From: Methanomassiliicoccaceae archaeon
Lineage (GTDB): Archaea; Thermoplasmatota; Thermoplasmata; Methanomassiliicoccales; Methanomethylophilaceae
Direction: 5' to 3'
Assembly (NCBI GenBank): GCA_009778275.1
Contig: WRKC01000102.1
Span: 1 to 40,018, forward strand
Length of the DNA stretch: 40,018 nt
Part shown: in pieces, positions 27,169 through 35,755 of the stretch
How the letters are laid out: each line of letters begins with the position of its first letter
How positions within the stretch are numbered: position 1 is the stretch's first letter
The notes under the pieces: model-generated
What the model was told of the DNA's origin: nothing
What the model saw: only the letters and a program-made list of their open reading frames with translations
Database searches by the model: none
Position numbers and translations under genes: made by a program

Positions 27169-27897
27169 TCATTTCAAGCCGAGCTGTTCGTACAGTTCAT
27201 CTCTTTCCCTTTTCGAAATATCCCTGTAACGGCCTTCCTTGAGGTCCCCAAGAGTGATGTTGACCACCCTTATGCGTTTCAGATTCCTTACTTCATAACC
27301 CAGCTGGCCGCACATCCTCCTTATCTGCCTGTTGAGCCCCTGTCTCAGGACGATCCTGAATTCCCTCGGACCCACCGCTTCGGCAAAGCACTTCTTGGTC
27401 ACCCTGCCGTCGTCCAGAAGCACTCCGCCGGACATCTTTTCGATGAACTCTCTTGTAATGTCCTTGTCCACCCTCACCATGTACTCTTTTTCATGTTCGT
27501 TCTTAGAGCGCATTATTCTGTCGGCCAGATCGCCGTTGTTCGTCATCAGGAGAAGGCCTTCGGAATCCTTGTCGAGTCTTCCAATGGAGAATATCCTTCT
27601 CGGATACCCTATGAAGTCTATCACGTTATCCTCATCACCGGGGTCAGATGTCGAGGTTATCCCGGCGGGTTTGTAGAATGCAAGGATTATGTCCTCGCTC
27701 ACTCTTTTTATTTCTTTGCCGTCGACGCATACCTTGTCCTCCGGAAAGACCTTGTCGCCGAGGACCCCGGTCCTTCCGTTTATGGTCACCCTCCCCTCTT
27801 CGATGACCCGGTCGGACCCCCTTCTCGATGCGGTCCCCGCTTCGCTCAGGAACTTGTTGAGCCGCACTCCTTCCCGCTCTTCCTTGTCTCCGGCCAT
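27169..27897 (-). CDS. rluF: S4-domain RsuA-family pseudouridine synthase (RluF-like)
   Basis: RLNKFLSEAG..SRR S4 motif, catalytic GRLDKDSEGLL, HEKEY, GLNRQIRRM. Confidence 0.82.
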   Translation of the reverse strand: MAGDKEEREGVRLNKFLSEAGTASRRGSDRVIEEGRVTINGRTGVLGDKVFPEDKVCVDGKEIKRVSEDIILAFYKPAGITSTSDPGDEDNVIDFIGYPRRIFSIGRLDKDSEGLLLMTNNGDLADRIMRSKNEHEKEYMVRVDKDITREFIEKMSGGVLLDDGRVTKKCFAEAVGPREFRIVLRQGLNRQIRRMCGQLGYEVRNLKRIRVVNITLGDLKEGRYRDISKRERDELYEQLGLK

Positions 27898-27959
27898 GTT
27901 CAACCATAGCAGGGCCGATGTTTTTAACCTATTGTCTGCTTAACGTAACTGTGATCGGG

Positions 27960-28997
27960 ATGTTCGGAAAGAAAATATCTGGACCTGTCATTAAGACGCA
28001 ATATTTGAAGATCCATTGGGATACTGAGGATCCGTTCGTATTCGCTTCCCACCACGCCGACGATTATCCGGAAGGCAACGCCCAGCAGGCTCCGCCAATA
28101 CAGAAGATAAGCGGAAGGAACCTTGGAAGGGATTACAAAAAGATATTCGGTTTCCGGATGTATCACGGCAAGGTCGTTCCGGGCTTTCCCATGCATGCGC
28201 ACTGGGGCTACGAGACCGTCACTGTGCCGGAGGTCGGCTTCATAGATCATTTCGATTCGCTCGGCAATCAGGGAAGGTTCGGTTTCGGCGATGTGCAATG
28301 GGTATCGGCGGGGAGTATGTATCTGCATGACGAGATGTATCCTCTCGCATACGATGACCACCCTAACCCGAACGACATAACCCAGATCATGATCAATCTG
28401 CCGCTGAAGGACAAAGGGTCCGCCCCGGAGGTCAGAACCATATGGTCCGAAAGGATCCCTATAATAACAGGAAGCGACGAGAACGGCGGGAGTTACACTG
28501 TGAAAATAATAGCCGGAAGTTTCGGCGGTGCGGATGCGCTGCCTCCGAACACCGTTTCCTGGGCCTCCGATAAGGAGCACCGCGTCAGAATACTGCTGAT
28601 AAAAATGTCTCCGGGGTCGAAGATCACATTGCCGAAGGTTTCCCGCACTATCAACAGGAACCTCTATTTCGTCGAAGGAAGCACCGTAAGTTTCGGAGAC
28701 GAAGAGTACGAGGTGATGACAAGATTCAAGCTCAAAGGGGATGAGGACGTTACTTTCACCAACGGAGATTCCGAGGGCGCTTACTGGCTGCTTGAGGGCG
28801 AACCCATAGGGGAGAGGATGTCCTCCTTCGGGCCCGTCATACTGGGTTCGGACAAGGACGTCAGAGAAGCGATGAACTTCATCAGGAAAGAAGAGTTCAA
28901 CAACTGGCCGTGGGACCTTGTCGATAAGTTCCATCCTAAAGGTACGGAAAGATTCATCGGGTTTTCCGACGGCAGGGAGGAAAGGCCCCCCGTTTGA
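27960..28997 (+). CDS. Pirin family (bicupin) protein
   Basis: GFPMHAHWGYETVT, DHFDSLG, VQWVSAGS..HDEM, GEPIGE...GPVI. Confidence 0.88.
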   Translation: MFGKKISGPVIKTQYLKIHWDTEDPFVFASHHADDYPEGNAQQAPPIQKISGRNLGRDYKKIFGFRMYHGKVVPGFPMHAHWGYETVTVPEVGFIDHFDSLGNQGRFGFGDVQWVSAGSMYLHDEMYPLAYDDHPNPNDITQIMINLPLKDKGSAPEVRTIWSERIPIITGSDENGGSYTVKIIAGSFGGADALPPNTVSWASDKEHRVRILLIKMSPGSKITLPKVSRTINRNLYFVEGSTVSFGDEEYEVMTRFKLKGDEDVTFTNGDSEGAYWLLEGEPIGERMSSFGPVILGSDKDVREAMNFIRKEEFNNWPWDLVDKFHPKGTERFIGFSDGREERPPV

Positions 28998-29000
28998 CCG

Positions 29001-30527
29001 TCAGAACATCTTGGCCTTAAGGTCCTTATCGTTCTCCGCCAATATCCATATGAAGGGGTCCACGGCGTTGTTGTTCTCTCCCAGAGATGCCACCTTGAAG
29101 AATCTGACGTTCTTGAAAGCCGACTGAGCTATGTCCACTACCATCTTGTGGCCGTACTTGTTGAGGAATTCGACAGGCGAATCCTCCGCATTGATAGCCG
29201 ACCTTACCTTCGGGTCGTCCATCTTCGTCAGAACGACCGCGAACGGGACCGTTGATTTCACCGCCGGTCCGTACCCGTTGATCTCAGTGTACATATGGTA
29301 GAACGACTCCAGCGTCGCGACGGGAGTGTTCTTCGAACCCTTTGTCGGAGACTGGGAGTGATACAGCGCCATTACCTCGAGCGGGTCTATGGCCAGGATT
29401 ATGCCGTCGTTGTATCTGTAATATTCTTCGAAGAGTATCTTATCCTTGTCCGGCTGGAATTCCACCCCGGATATGTCGTTGATGATTATCTGTTTCTCCG
29501 GCAGGTCCCTCGACCTGAGGAAAAAGTATTCCGAATCGAGTTCCCCGGCGTGAGTGGGGGGGATGTTGGCCTTCCCGCGCTGGGCGTTGAAAGATATCCC
29601 GTTTGTTATTATCTCGGAAACAATGCCCTTCTCTTTCGCCATGACGGCCATCGTCTCTACTGCGGATATCATCATGGTGGTCTTTCCGGAACCGACCGAT
29701 CCGACCATGGATATCGCGACGGGCTTCGCTTCATGAGTGAGCATATCTCCTTTGCAGAATGGGCATGATGCCTGCATCTTGGCCCTTGACCCGTTGGCGT
29801 TGGTGCTTGGGATCTTATGCCCTCTGTTGCAGGTGTGGTACTTCACCCCGTACTTGTTGGGGACGGGATACGACAGGACAAGGCCGCATATGCACCTGAT
29901 GTCTGGCTGAAAGAAATTCCTCTTGCATCTGGGGCAGACCGCATATTGAGTGTCTTTTTCATAAGCATCAAGATCCTTTGATGCGGCCAGCTTTATCCTG
30001 ACCGCCATGAATGCCCAACCGATAACAAAAAGCACCGCCAGGAAGACATCCATAATCAGCGCGAACGGCAGCATGAAGGGAATGAATATTATCGGAAGTA
30101 TGACGGGCACCTTCTTCAGCCTCCAGGCGACCGTGAGAATGTTCCACGGGATCATCAGGCACCACAGGAATCCTTTCGGTTTGTGCGTGAATATATACTC
30201 CTGCGGATCGTCATCGCCTCCCTTCATGTCAAAGGTGGGTCTGGATGCGCACCCGGCGGCCACCAGCGCAAACCCTATTGCGAATAGGCCGATCGAGAGA
30301 TACGTAGTGTCCTCTCCTCCGAGGTCGGTATAAAGTTCGGTAAGGCTCCAGTACGCATCGCGAACGGATTCCGGTATTATCATTACTATCCAATCGTAGA
30401 ATTGGTTGAGCTCGAACTCGAATGTCACGCCGTAAATGTCCATTACCAAAAGTGCGAACGAATATGCGGCGAAAACAAAGGCAACCCCGATAATGGTTCC
30501 CATCAGTGCCTGGTTTGTCCTGTTCAT
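29001..30527 (-). CDS. Membrane-anchored zinc-ribbon + TRAFAC-class GTPase (second GTPase of the double-GTPase type)
   Basis: N-terminal TM helices; CPRC, CIC, CNRGH, CPFC; G1 GSVGSGKT, G3 DISG, AIDP, G4 TKMD, G5 VASLG; C-terminal DPFIWIL as in the 23045 gene (DPFIWLL). Confidence 0.85.
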   Translation of the reverse strand: MNRTNQALMGTIIGVAFVFAAYSFALLVMDIYGVTFEFELNQFYDWIVMIIPESVRDAYWSLTELYTDLGGEDTTYLSIGLFAIGFALVAAGCASRPTFDMKGGDDDPQEYIFTHKPKGFLWCLMIPWNILTVAWRLKKVPVILPIIFIPFMLPFALIMDVFLAVLFVIGWAFMAVRIKLAASKDLDAYEKDTQYAVCPRCKRNFFQPDIRCICGLVLSYPVPNKYGVKYHTCNRGHKIPSTNANGSRAKMQASCPFCKGDMLTHEAKPVAISMVGSVGSGKTTMMISAVETMAVMAKEKGIVSEIITNGISFNAQRGKANIPPTHAGELDSEYFFLRSRDLPEKQIIINDISGVEFQPDKDKILFEEYYRYNDGIILAIDPLEVMALYHSQSPTKGSKNTPVATLESFYHMYTEINGYGPAVKSTVPFAVVLTKMDDPKVRSAINAEDSPVEFLNKYGHKMVVDIAQSAFKNVRFFKVASLGENNNAVDPFIWILAENDKDLKAKMF

Positions 30528-30614
30528 CTTTCGTTGTATGGGAATAGAGAAATATAATTATTTTTGAACACTTTAAGCAAATAACATATAAACTACGGAT
30601 ACGCTACATTGTTC

Positions 30615-30896
30615 ATGGTAAAACAGGTAAACGCTGCGCATATCCTTGTTAAAACTGAGAAAGAGGCCAAAGACCTCAAAGAAGAGATCCTGAAGGGAAA
30701 GAACTTCGCGGATGTCGCTAAGAAACACTCCAGCTGTCCTTCCGGAAAGAAGGGCGGAGACCTTGGGTGGTTCCAGAAGGGGCAGATGGTCGCTCCCTTT
30801 GAGAACGCCGCCTTTAACGCAAAGAAGGGCGATCTCGTGGGGCCGGTAAAAACGGATTTCGGATGGCACCTGATACTTGTTAAAGACCAGAAATGA
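30615..30896 (+). CDS. ppiC: Parvulin-type peptidyl-prolyl cis-trans isomerase
   Basis: AAHILVK, SSCPSGKKGGDLGWF, QMVAPFE, KTDFGWHLI; 93 aa. Confidence 0.95.
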   Translation: MVKQVNAAHILVKTEKEAKDLKEEILKGKNFADVAKKHSSCPSGKKGGDLGWFQKGQMVAPFENAAFNAKKGDLVGPVKTDFGWHLILVKDQK

Positions 30897-30912
30897 ACAA
30901 AGGGGGACGGGT

Positions 30913-31314
30913 ATGAGTTTTTTTGATAAATTTAAGAAAAAGGAAGAATCCCCGAAAAAAGAGAAAGGACCAGAGAAAGACGGGGGGGCCGAAAAGAAGA
31001 AAGATGCTGCGTGGGCAACATCCAGGGATAAACCTGAAGAAGAAAAAGAGATCAAAGAGGAACCGGAAATGGCGGAAGTAAAGAAAAAAACGGAAAAACC
31101 CGTTGCTGCGAAGAAAACAGACAACAAAGTTTGGCACATAACAAAGAGGGATGAGGACGGCATGTGGCAGGTCAAGGCGGAAGGCGCCGCAAGGGCCACG
31201 AAGCTGTTCAGGACAAAGGCAGAGGCGGAAGATTATGTGAAGACGCTTGTCTCCAACAATGAGGGGTCAAGGGTTGTTAAACATAAGAAGACCGGCGAAT
31301 TCCAGAAAAAATAA
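30913..31314 (+). CDS. DUF2188-like protein with K/E-rich N-terminus
   Basis: C-terminal WHIT...WQVKAEGAARATKLFRTKAEA...HKKTGEFQ pattern. Confidence 0.75.
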   Translation: MSFFDKFKKKEESPKKEKGPEKDGGAEKKKDAAWATSRDKPEEEKEIKEEPEMAEVKKKTEKPVAAKKTDNKVWHITKRDEDGMWQVKAEGAARATKLFRTKAEAEDYVKTLVSNNEGSRVVKHKKTGEFQKK

Positions 31315-31316
31315 AC

Positions 31317-31394
31317 ATGGGGTTCCCCATACATTATTTTTTTAATAATTACAAAAAGGTGCTGTCTCCGTCTGCGGTAACAGCCACCTTTTTG
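31317..31394. terminator. Two hairpins between convergent genes
   Basis: ATGGG-GTTC-CCCAT followed by a T-run; CAAAAAGGTG...CACCTTTTTG (31352-31394). Confidence 0.55.
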
Positions 31395-31421
31395 CTTTGG
31401 CCGTAAGTTGAAAGGCTGCCT

Positions 31422-31853
31422 TTACCCTACTTTATCGATCCGCTCGAAAGTGATCTCCAATGCCTCAATGGCGATCTCGTTGGCCATAGCATCAAAGGCC
31501 GGCGCGATATACTTCGAAGGCCATGCTCCCATGATGTTCCAACGCGCCTCGTCATCGCCGTTCTCATTGACAGCGATGATGGAGATGTTCTTCCTCTCTG
31601 CCGCACCGTCAATACCGGCTTTGAACCAGTTGTAGATATCCAGAGATGATGTTGCTCCCCATTTCAGCAACAGTGGGCCGAATGTGGCCAAACCACTCAA
31701 CTTGCGAACATATTTGGGATCGGTACCCTCCCGATAATAGACCACGCCGATGTTCGCGTCAAACCCGGTCACATCGCGGAACCCCGCCTGCTGAATCCCA
31801 TCTATCTCTATACGGAAACGAAAATTCAAAAAAGGATCGTATCTGCCAGTCAT
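31422..31853 (-). CDS. T4 gp19-like contractile tail-tube protein (eCIS Afp1/Afp5 type)
   Basis: FRFRIEIDG..AGF..VTG, YREG, RKLSG, LKWG, ERKNISI, WNIMGAWPSKY, IAIEALEI. Confidence 0.9.
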   Translation of the reverse strand: MTGRYDPFLNFRFRIEIDGIQQAGFRDVTGFDANIGVVYYREGTDPKYVRKLSGLATFGPLLLKWGATSSLDIYNWFKAGIDGAAERKNISIIAVNENGDDEARWNIMGAWPSKYIAPAFDAMANEIAIEALEITFERIDKVG

Positions 31854-31925
31854 TTAAACCGTTTCTTGTATGGGTTATTTATATTTCAGAGTACCGCCGT
31901 CTGAATGTCGGTTTCCTAACTTTGC

Positions 31926-32528
31926 TTATGAGATCCCATCGTAAACCAGTGTTATTGATTCAACAGCCACATCTGTGCCCAAGGCGGTAAAATTCGGTCC
32001 TTCCCACGCACACGGCCATGCATTGGTGAGATGCCAGCTTACCAGATCTTTACCTGTCTCATCGATCAGTGTGATCTTCACGTTTTTGCGAATAATGTTG
32101 CCGTTGATGGCATTTTTATGCCAGTCATACAGTTCGCGAGAAGCAGTGACTCCCCACGTGAGCTTTACGTTGGAATAACTCACTCTGCTTGTGAGTCTTT
32201 GTGCTTTTTGAGATACACCATCATCGTATGGAATGACCTCAATGCTCGTTCCAAGCCCCGTGCATTTGAAAAATCCGGCCTGCTGGATCCCGTCGATCTC
32301 GACACGGAACCTGTTATTACTGCATGGGCTCATCCCGTCGCCCTTCAACAGATCCTTTAACGCGAGCTCATATCTGCCGGACAGTTTATCTAATTCTATT
32401 TCGGACATTTGGATCAATTCTTTTACAGACTCTGTGCTTAATTCTGAATCAGACATTTGGATCAATTCTTTGACAGAATATTTGCCCAGCTTTATATCGG
32501 GCAGTCCATTTGATGTGTTGTCGGCCAT
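31926..32528 (-). CDS. T4 gp19-like tail-tube protein with N-terminal repeat extension
   Basis: FRVEIDGIQQAGF, LTWG, RKNVKI, WHLTNAWPCAWEGP, VAVESITL; GAGGAG RBS. Confidence 0.88.
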   Translation of the reverse strand: MADNTSNGLPDIKLGKYSVKELIQMSDSELSTESVKELIQMSEIELDKLSGRYELALKDLLKGDGMSPCSNNRFRVEIDGIQQAGFFKCTGLGTSIEVIPYDDGVSQKAQRLTSRVSYSNVKLTWGVTASRELYDWHKNAINGNIIRKNVKITLIDETGKDLVSWHLTNAWPCAWEGPNFTALGTDVAVESITLVYDGIS

Positions 32529-32891
32529 AGTATTTTCTCCTCAGTGACTTTTCGTTTGATGGTTTTTTCCTGCTTCCCCGCCGTGTTCGTCTTATTGTCG
32601 GCGTTCTCTTTTGCGCTTGCGAATTGCACAAAGAGTATACTGCACTGCATTTAAGATGGTATTGTCATCCGATCGGGCGGATATTTTCTCTATAAAAAAT
32701 TGTATGGGGCCGATACATTTCCTCGTAGAGAAGATACCGGCCGGATCAGAGAATATTACCATTACGAAACATATTCAGAGAAACATTTTCATTATCTATT
32801 TTCTAAAAAGATGACCTTTTTTAAAGGCCGCGGATCCGTCTTAACCCGTCTATATCAAAACTTTATTATTTAGTGACATTATATATAATAT

Positions 32892-32933
32892 TGATATGAG
32901 CCGTCGTGACCCCTGATATAGCCGTCGTGACCC
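32892..32933 (+). repeat. Tandem direct repeat TGATAT(G)AGCCGTCGTGACCC x2
   Basis: 14-bp core AGCCGTCGTGACCC at 32899 and 32920, just downstream of TTATATATAA. Confidence 0.75.
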
Positions 32934-32957
32934 TTTGTTCAAACGGACTGAAAGAAA

Positions 32958-34487
32958 GTGACGCCCATGAAAATCAGAAAAAATATGTTCCTCCTATTGG
33001 CTTTGGCGGCGATATTGGTCCTTATTATGCCGGTCACAGTTGTTTCTGCGGCAGACAAGAGCGATCTCTTCAAAGAAAATAACTTCGGCGGGGCCAGCGA
33101 CGATACGTTCCGTTCCGTGGTAGCGGTGCCGGACGGCTTCGTCGCCGTAGGATATTCGGCGGGGGATTCCTTCGGCACAGGCGACTGGGAAGATATCATC
33201 GGAGTAAGCTATATCCATGCGACCATCGTGAAATACGACAGGAGTGGTCATGTGGTCTGGATGAGGGAATTCGGCGGGAATGGCACCGATCAGTTCCGTT
33301 CCGTGATAGCTGTGCAGGATGGGGTCATTGCAGTAGGATATTCGTTTCAAGAGTCCTTCGAGAGCGGCGACTTTATAGGCATCACAGGAAAAGGCGGCGT
33401 CGATGCGATCATTGTGAAATTCGACAACAACGGCGACGTGGTCTGGAAAAAGAACTTCGGCGGCAAAGGCGACGACTATTTCCTATCTGCGGTGGCGACA
33501 CCGGATGGATTCGTCGTTTCGGGACTCGCTACCTCGCCCTCCTTCGACAACGGCGACTGGAAAGGCGTCACCAAAAAAGGCTATATCGATGCGATCACCG
33601 TGAAATTCGACAACAACGGCGACGTGGTCTGGAAGAAGAACTTCGGCGGGTCTGTATACGATTATTTCACCGGTGTGACAGCCGTATCGGACGGCTATGT
33701 CGCAGTTGGGTACTCTTCAGGCGCTTACGGTAACTTTGACTGGGATGGTTACGTGGAAAAGGGCAGCGTTGATGCGATAATCGTGAAATACGACAACAAC
33801 GGCAACGTGGTCTGGAAGAAGAACTTCGGCGGAGGCTATAGCGATTATTTCTATTCGGTAACATCGGTGCCGGACGGGGTCGTTGCCGTAGGGTATTCGG
33901 TGGCGGAGTCCTTCGGCAGCGGCGACTGGGAAGGATTCACCGTAAAGGGCACAATGGGCGGGACCATCGTGAAATTCGACAACAGCGGCAACGTGGTCTG
34001 GAAGAAATGCTTCTGCGGGGCAGGCGCCGATCAATTCCGCTACGTGGTGACGGTATCTGATGGGGTCGTTGCGGTTGGCAGTTCGAGTGCATCGAGCTTC
34101 GGCACCGGCGATTGGACAGGCATCGAGGGAAAGGGGTACGATGATGCCACCGCCGTTAGGTACGACAGTGACGGAGAGGCCGTATGGATAAGGAATTACG
34201 GTGGCGCGGGCGGAGATTGCTTCTATTCAGCAACAACGACATTGGACCATATCGTTGCCGTAGGGTATTCGGACGCGACCTCTTTCGGTAACGGCGATTG
34301 GAAAGGCTTCTATACCAAAGGAGCGCGGGATGCCATCATTGTGAACATATCCACGGGTACGGGGTACATCGGCGACGATGATGACAACAACGGCAACGTC
34401 GACACAATGTTCCTGATATGCATAGCATTGATCGCAGTGATCGGCATCGGCGTGACTGTCGCTCTGCTTAGGAGAAAAGGCGCATAA
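32958..34487 (+). CDS. Secreted, C-terminally anchored repeat protein (probable 7-bladed beta-propeller, adhesin-like)
   Basis: Signal peptide KIRKNMFLLLALAAILV...VSA; seven ~62-aa repeats NFGG...DG.VAVGYS...GDW.G...KG..DA.IVKFD..G.VVW; C-terminal TM + RRK. Start may be ATG 32967. Confidence 0.8.
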   Translation: MTPMKIRKNMFLLLALAAILVLIMPVTVVSAADKSDLFKENNFGGASDDTFRSVVAVPDGFVAVGYSAGDSFGTGDWEDIIGVSYIHATIVKYDRSGHVVWMREFGGNGTDQFRSVIAVQDGVIAVGYSFQESFESGDFIGITGKGGVDAIIVKFDNNGDVVWKKNFGGKGDDYFLSAVATPDGFVVSGLATSPSFDNGDWKGVTKKGYIDAITVKFDNNGDVVWKKNFGGSVYDYFTGVTAVSDGYVAVGYSSGAYGNFDWDGYVEKGSVDAIIVKYDNNGNVVWKKNFGGGYSDYFYSVTSVPDGVVAVGYSVAESFGSGDWEGFTVKGTMGGTIVKFDNSGNVVWKKCFCGAGADQFRYVVTVSDGVVAVGSSSASSFGTGDWTGIEGKGYDDATAVRYDSDGEAVWIRNYGGAGGDCFYSATTTLDHIVAVGYSDATSFGNGDWKGFYTKGARDAIIVNISTGTGYIGDDDDNNGNVDTMFLICIALIAVIGIGVTVALLRRKGA

Positions 34488-34588
34488 GACAACTGTCAGA
34501 CAGCCGCTGCAAACCGAATGAGAATACGGCGAACGATACAGAGGCATTTCAATAAACCGATATTTTCAGCTTGGCCGGCCGGCGATAG

Positions 34589-34663
34589 TGGGCCCAAAGA
34601 GATTTGAACTCTCGACCTTCCGGTTATCAGCCGGACGCTCCAGCCAGTCTAAGCTATGGGCCC
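34589..34663 (-). tRNA. tRNA-Ile(GAT), intronless, CCA not encoded
   Basis: GGGCCCA acceptor stem, anticodon arm TCCGG-CTGATAA-CCGGA, T-arm GAGAG-TTCAAAT-CTCT; TTTATA box about 27 bp upstream (34690-34695). Confidence 0.96.
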
Positions 34664-34800
34664 GTACTCACTCGAATAAGGACTTACAATATAAATCTTG
34701 CCAATATCCGCGTTTATCTGGATTTGCCTCGGCCCGCATCGCATTCATTTTAAGATGAATTAAACGATACTTTTCTAATAACAAAGGAACATATACATCT

Positions 34801-35277
34801 GTGAATGAGACGGCAAAGACATTCGAAGAGGTGCAGGACATCCTGCCGAAGAACACATTCTTCATCATGGCCGCCGTGCTGATAGCGACCGACGCCTTCA
34901 TACTGATATGCTCTTTCATTGATGCCGTTGACACACCCGTGTGGATGTTTGCCGCCACATCGGCCATATTTGCCGCGATGATCATCTTTTGCTGGGCTGT
35001 CAAACTCAGGGTCTCCATTGAAGATAACGTGATAAGGATCAGATCCCTCAAACGGTATGCGATACCTTTCGAAGATGTCATCGACCATAAGATAGACGAG
35101 ATCACCGTGATCCGCAACTACAGCGGGTGGGGCATGAAGAAAGTGATCTTCAAGAACCTCATCAGCATAGGATACGACCGCGGCATCTCTCTGAAGCTGA
35201 CGGGAAGAAGAGTGTTCACGATCTCCCTGTCGGACCCTGAAGGATTCGCCTCGTTCCTTCCGTCTCCGTTACGCTGA
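34801..35277 (+). CDS. Hypothetical membrane protein (2 TM + soluble beta domain)
   Basis: Two hydrophobic helices then YSGWG...FTISLSDPEGF; GTG start. Confidence 0.7.
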   Translation: MNETAKTFEEVQDILPKNTFFIMAAVLIATDAFILICSFIDAVDTPVWMFAATSAIFAAMIIFCWAVKLRVSIEDNVIRIRSLKRYAIPFEDVIDHKIDEITVIRNYSGWGMKKVIFKNLISIGYDRGISLKLTGRRVFTISLSDPEGFASFLPSPLR

Positions 35278-35314
35278 TTGTAAGTATTATTAATCGGGAT
35301 ATCATCGTCAGAGC

Positions 35315-35755
35315 ATGCAGGGTACATTCCATTGGCTCAGGGTCAACGTTTTCTGCTACGCCACCGAGAACGAGGAGGTCATCCATGATGCGATGGCGGA
35401 ATTGCTCGGGACCGATGAGTTCGAGTTGGACATAGCGGATAGTGAGCATGGGAACCGCATATTGATCTTCAGCGCGGAACTGTCCAAACAGAAGGATACG
35501 ACCTCGGTTTTCCTTAAGCTCGGACAGGAGATGATAGGGCAACTCAAAGAGAATCTGGATGACCGGATCGATGATGATTGCGTCTTCTTCCTCAGGCTTG
35601 ACAAACAAGAACTTGTACAGGGAAGATACAGAATAGCGCATCACGGGGACGTTCTGTCCCTGACAGGCAAGATAGCTTCCCATCCGGCCAAGAAAAAGAT
35701 CGCTGTGGGGAAAATGACCGAATTCCTCAGTTCTCTTGATCGTCCGGACATTTGA
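35315..35755 (+). CDS. Archaeal UPF0201/DUF54-type RNA-binding protein
   Basis: YATENEE, HGNRI, FFLRLDKQ motifs. Confidence 0.82.
   Translation: MQGTFHWLRVNVFCYATENEEVIHDAMAELLGTDEFELDIADSEHGNRILIFSAELSKQKDTTSVFLKLGQEMIGQLKENLDDRIDDDCVFFLRLDKQELVQGRYRIAHHGDVLSLTGKIASHPAKKKIAVGKMTEFLSSLDRPDI

Noticed and set aside
12442-28934. Long antisense ORFs (e.g. 12442-13323, 13833-14828, 19984-20850, 22213-23088, 27924-28934)
   Set aside because: Shadow frames of well-supported genes in GC-rich coding DNA, with no recognisable motifs.
31315-34663. Prophage or island integrated at tRNA-Ile
   Set aside because: No integrase, no duplicated tRNA 3' end (att) found, and no capsid or terminase genes.
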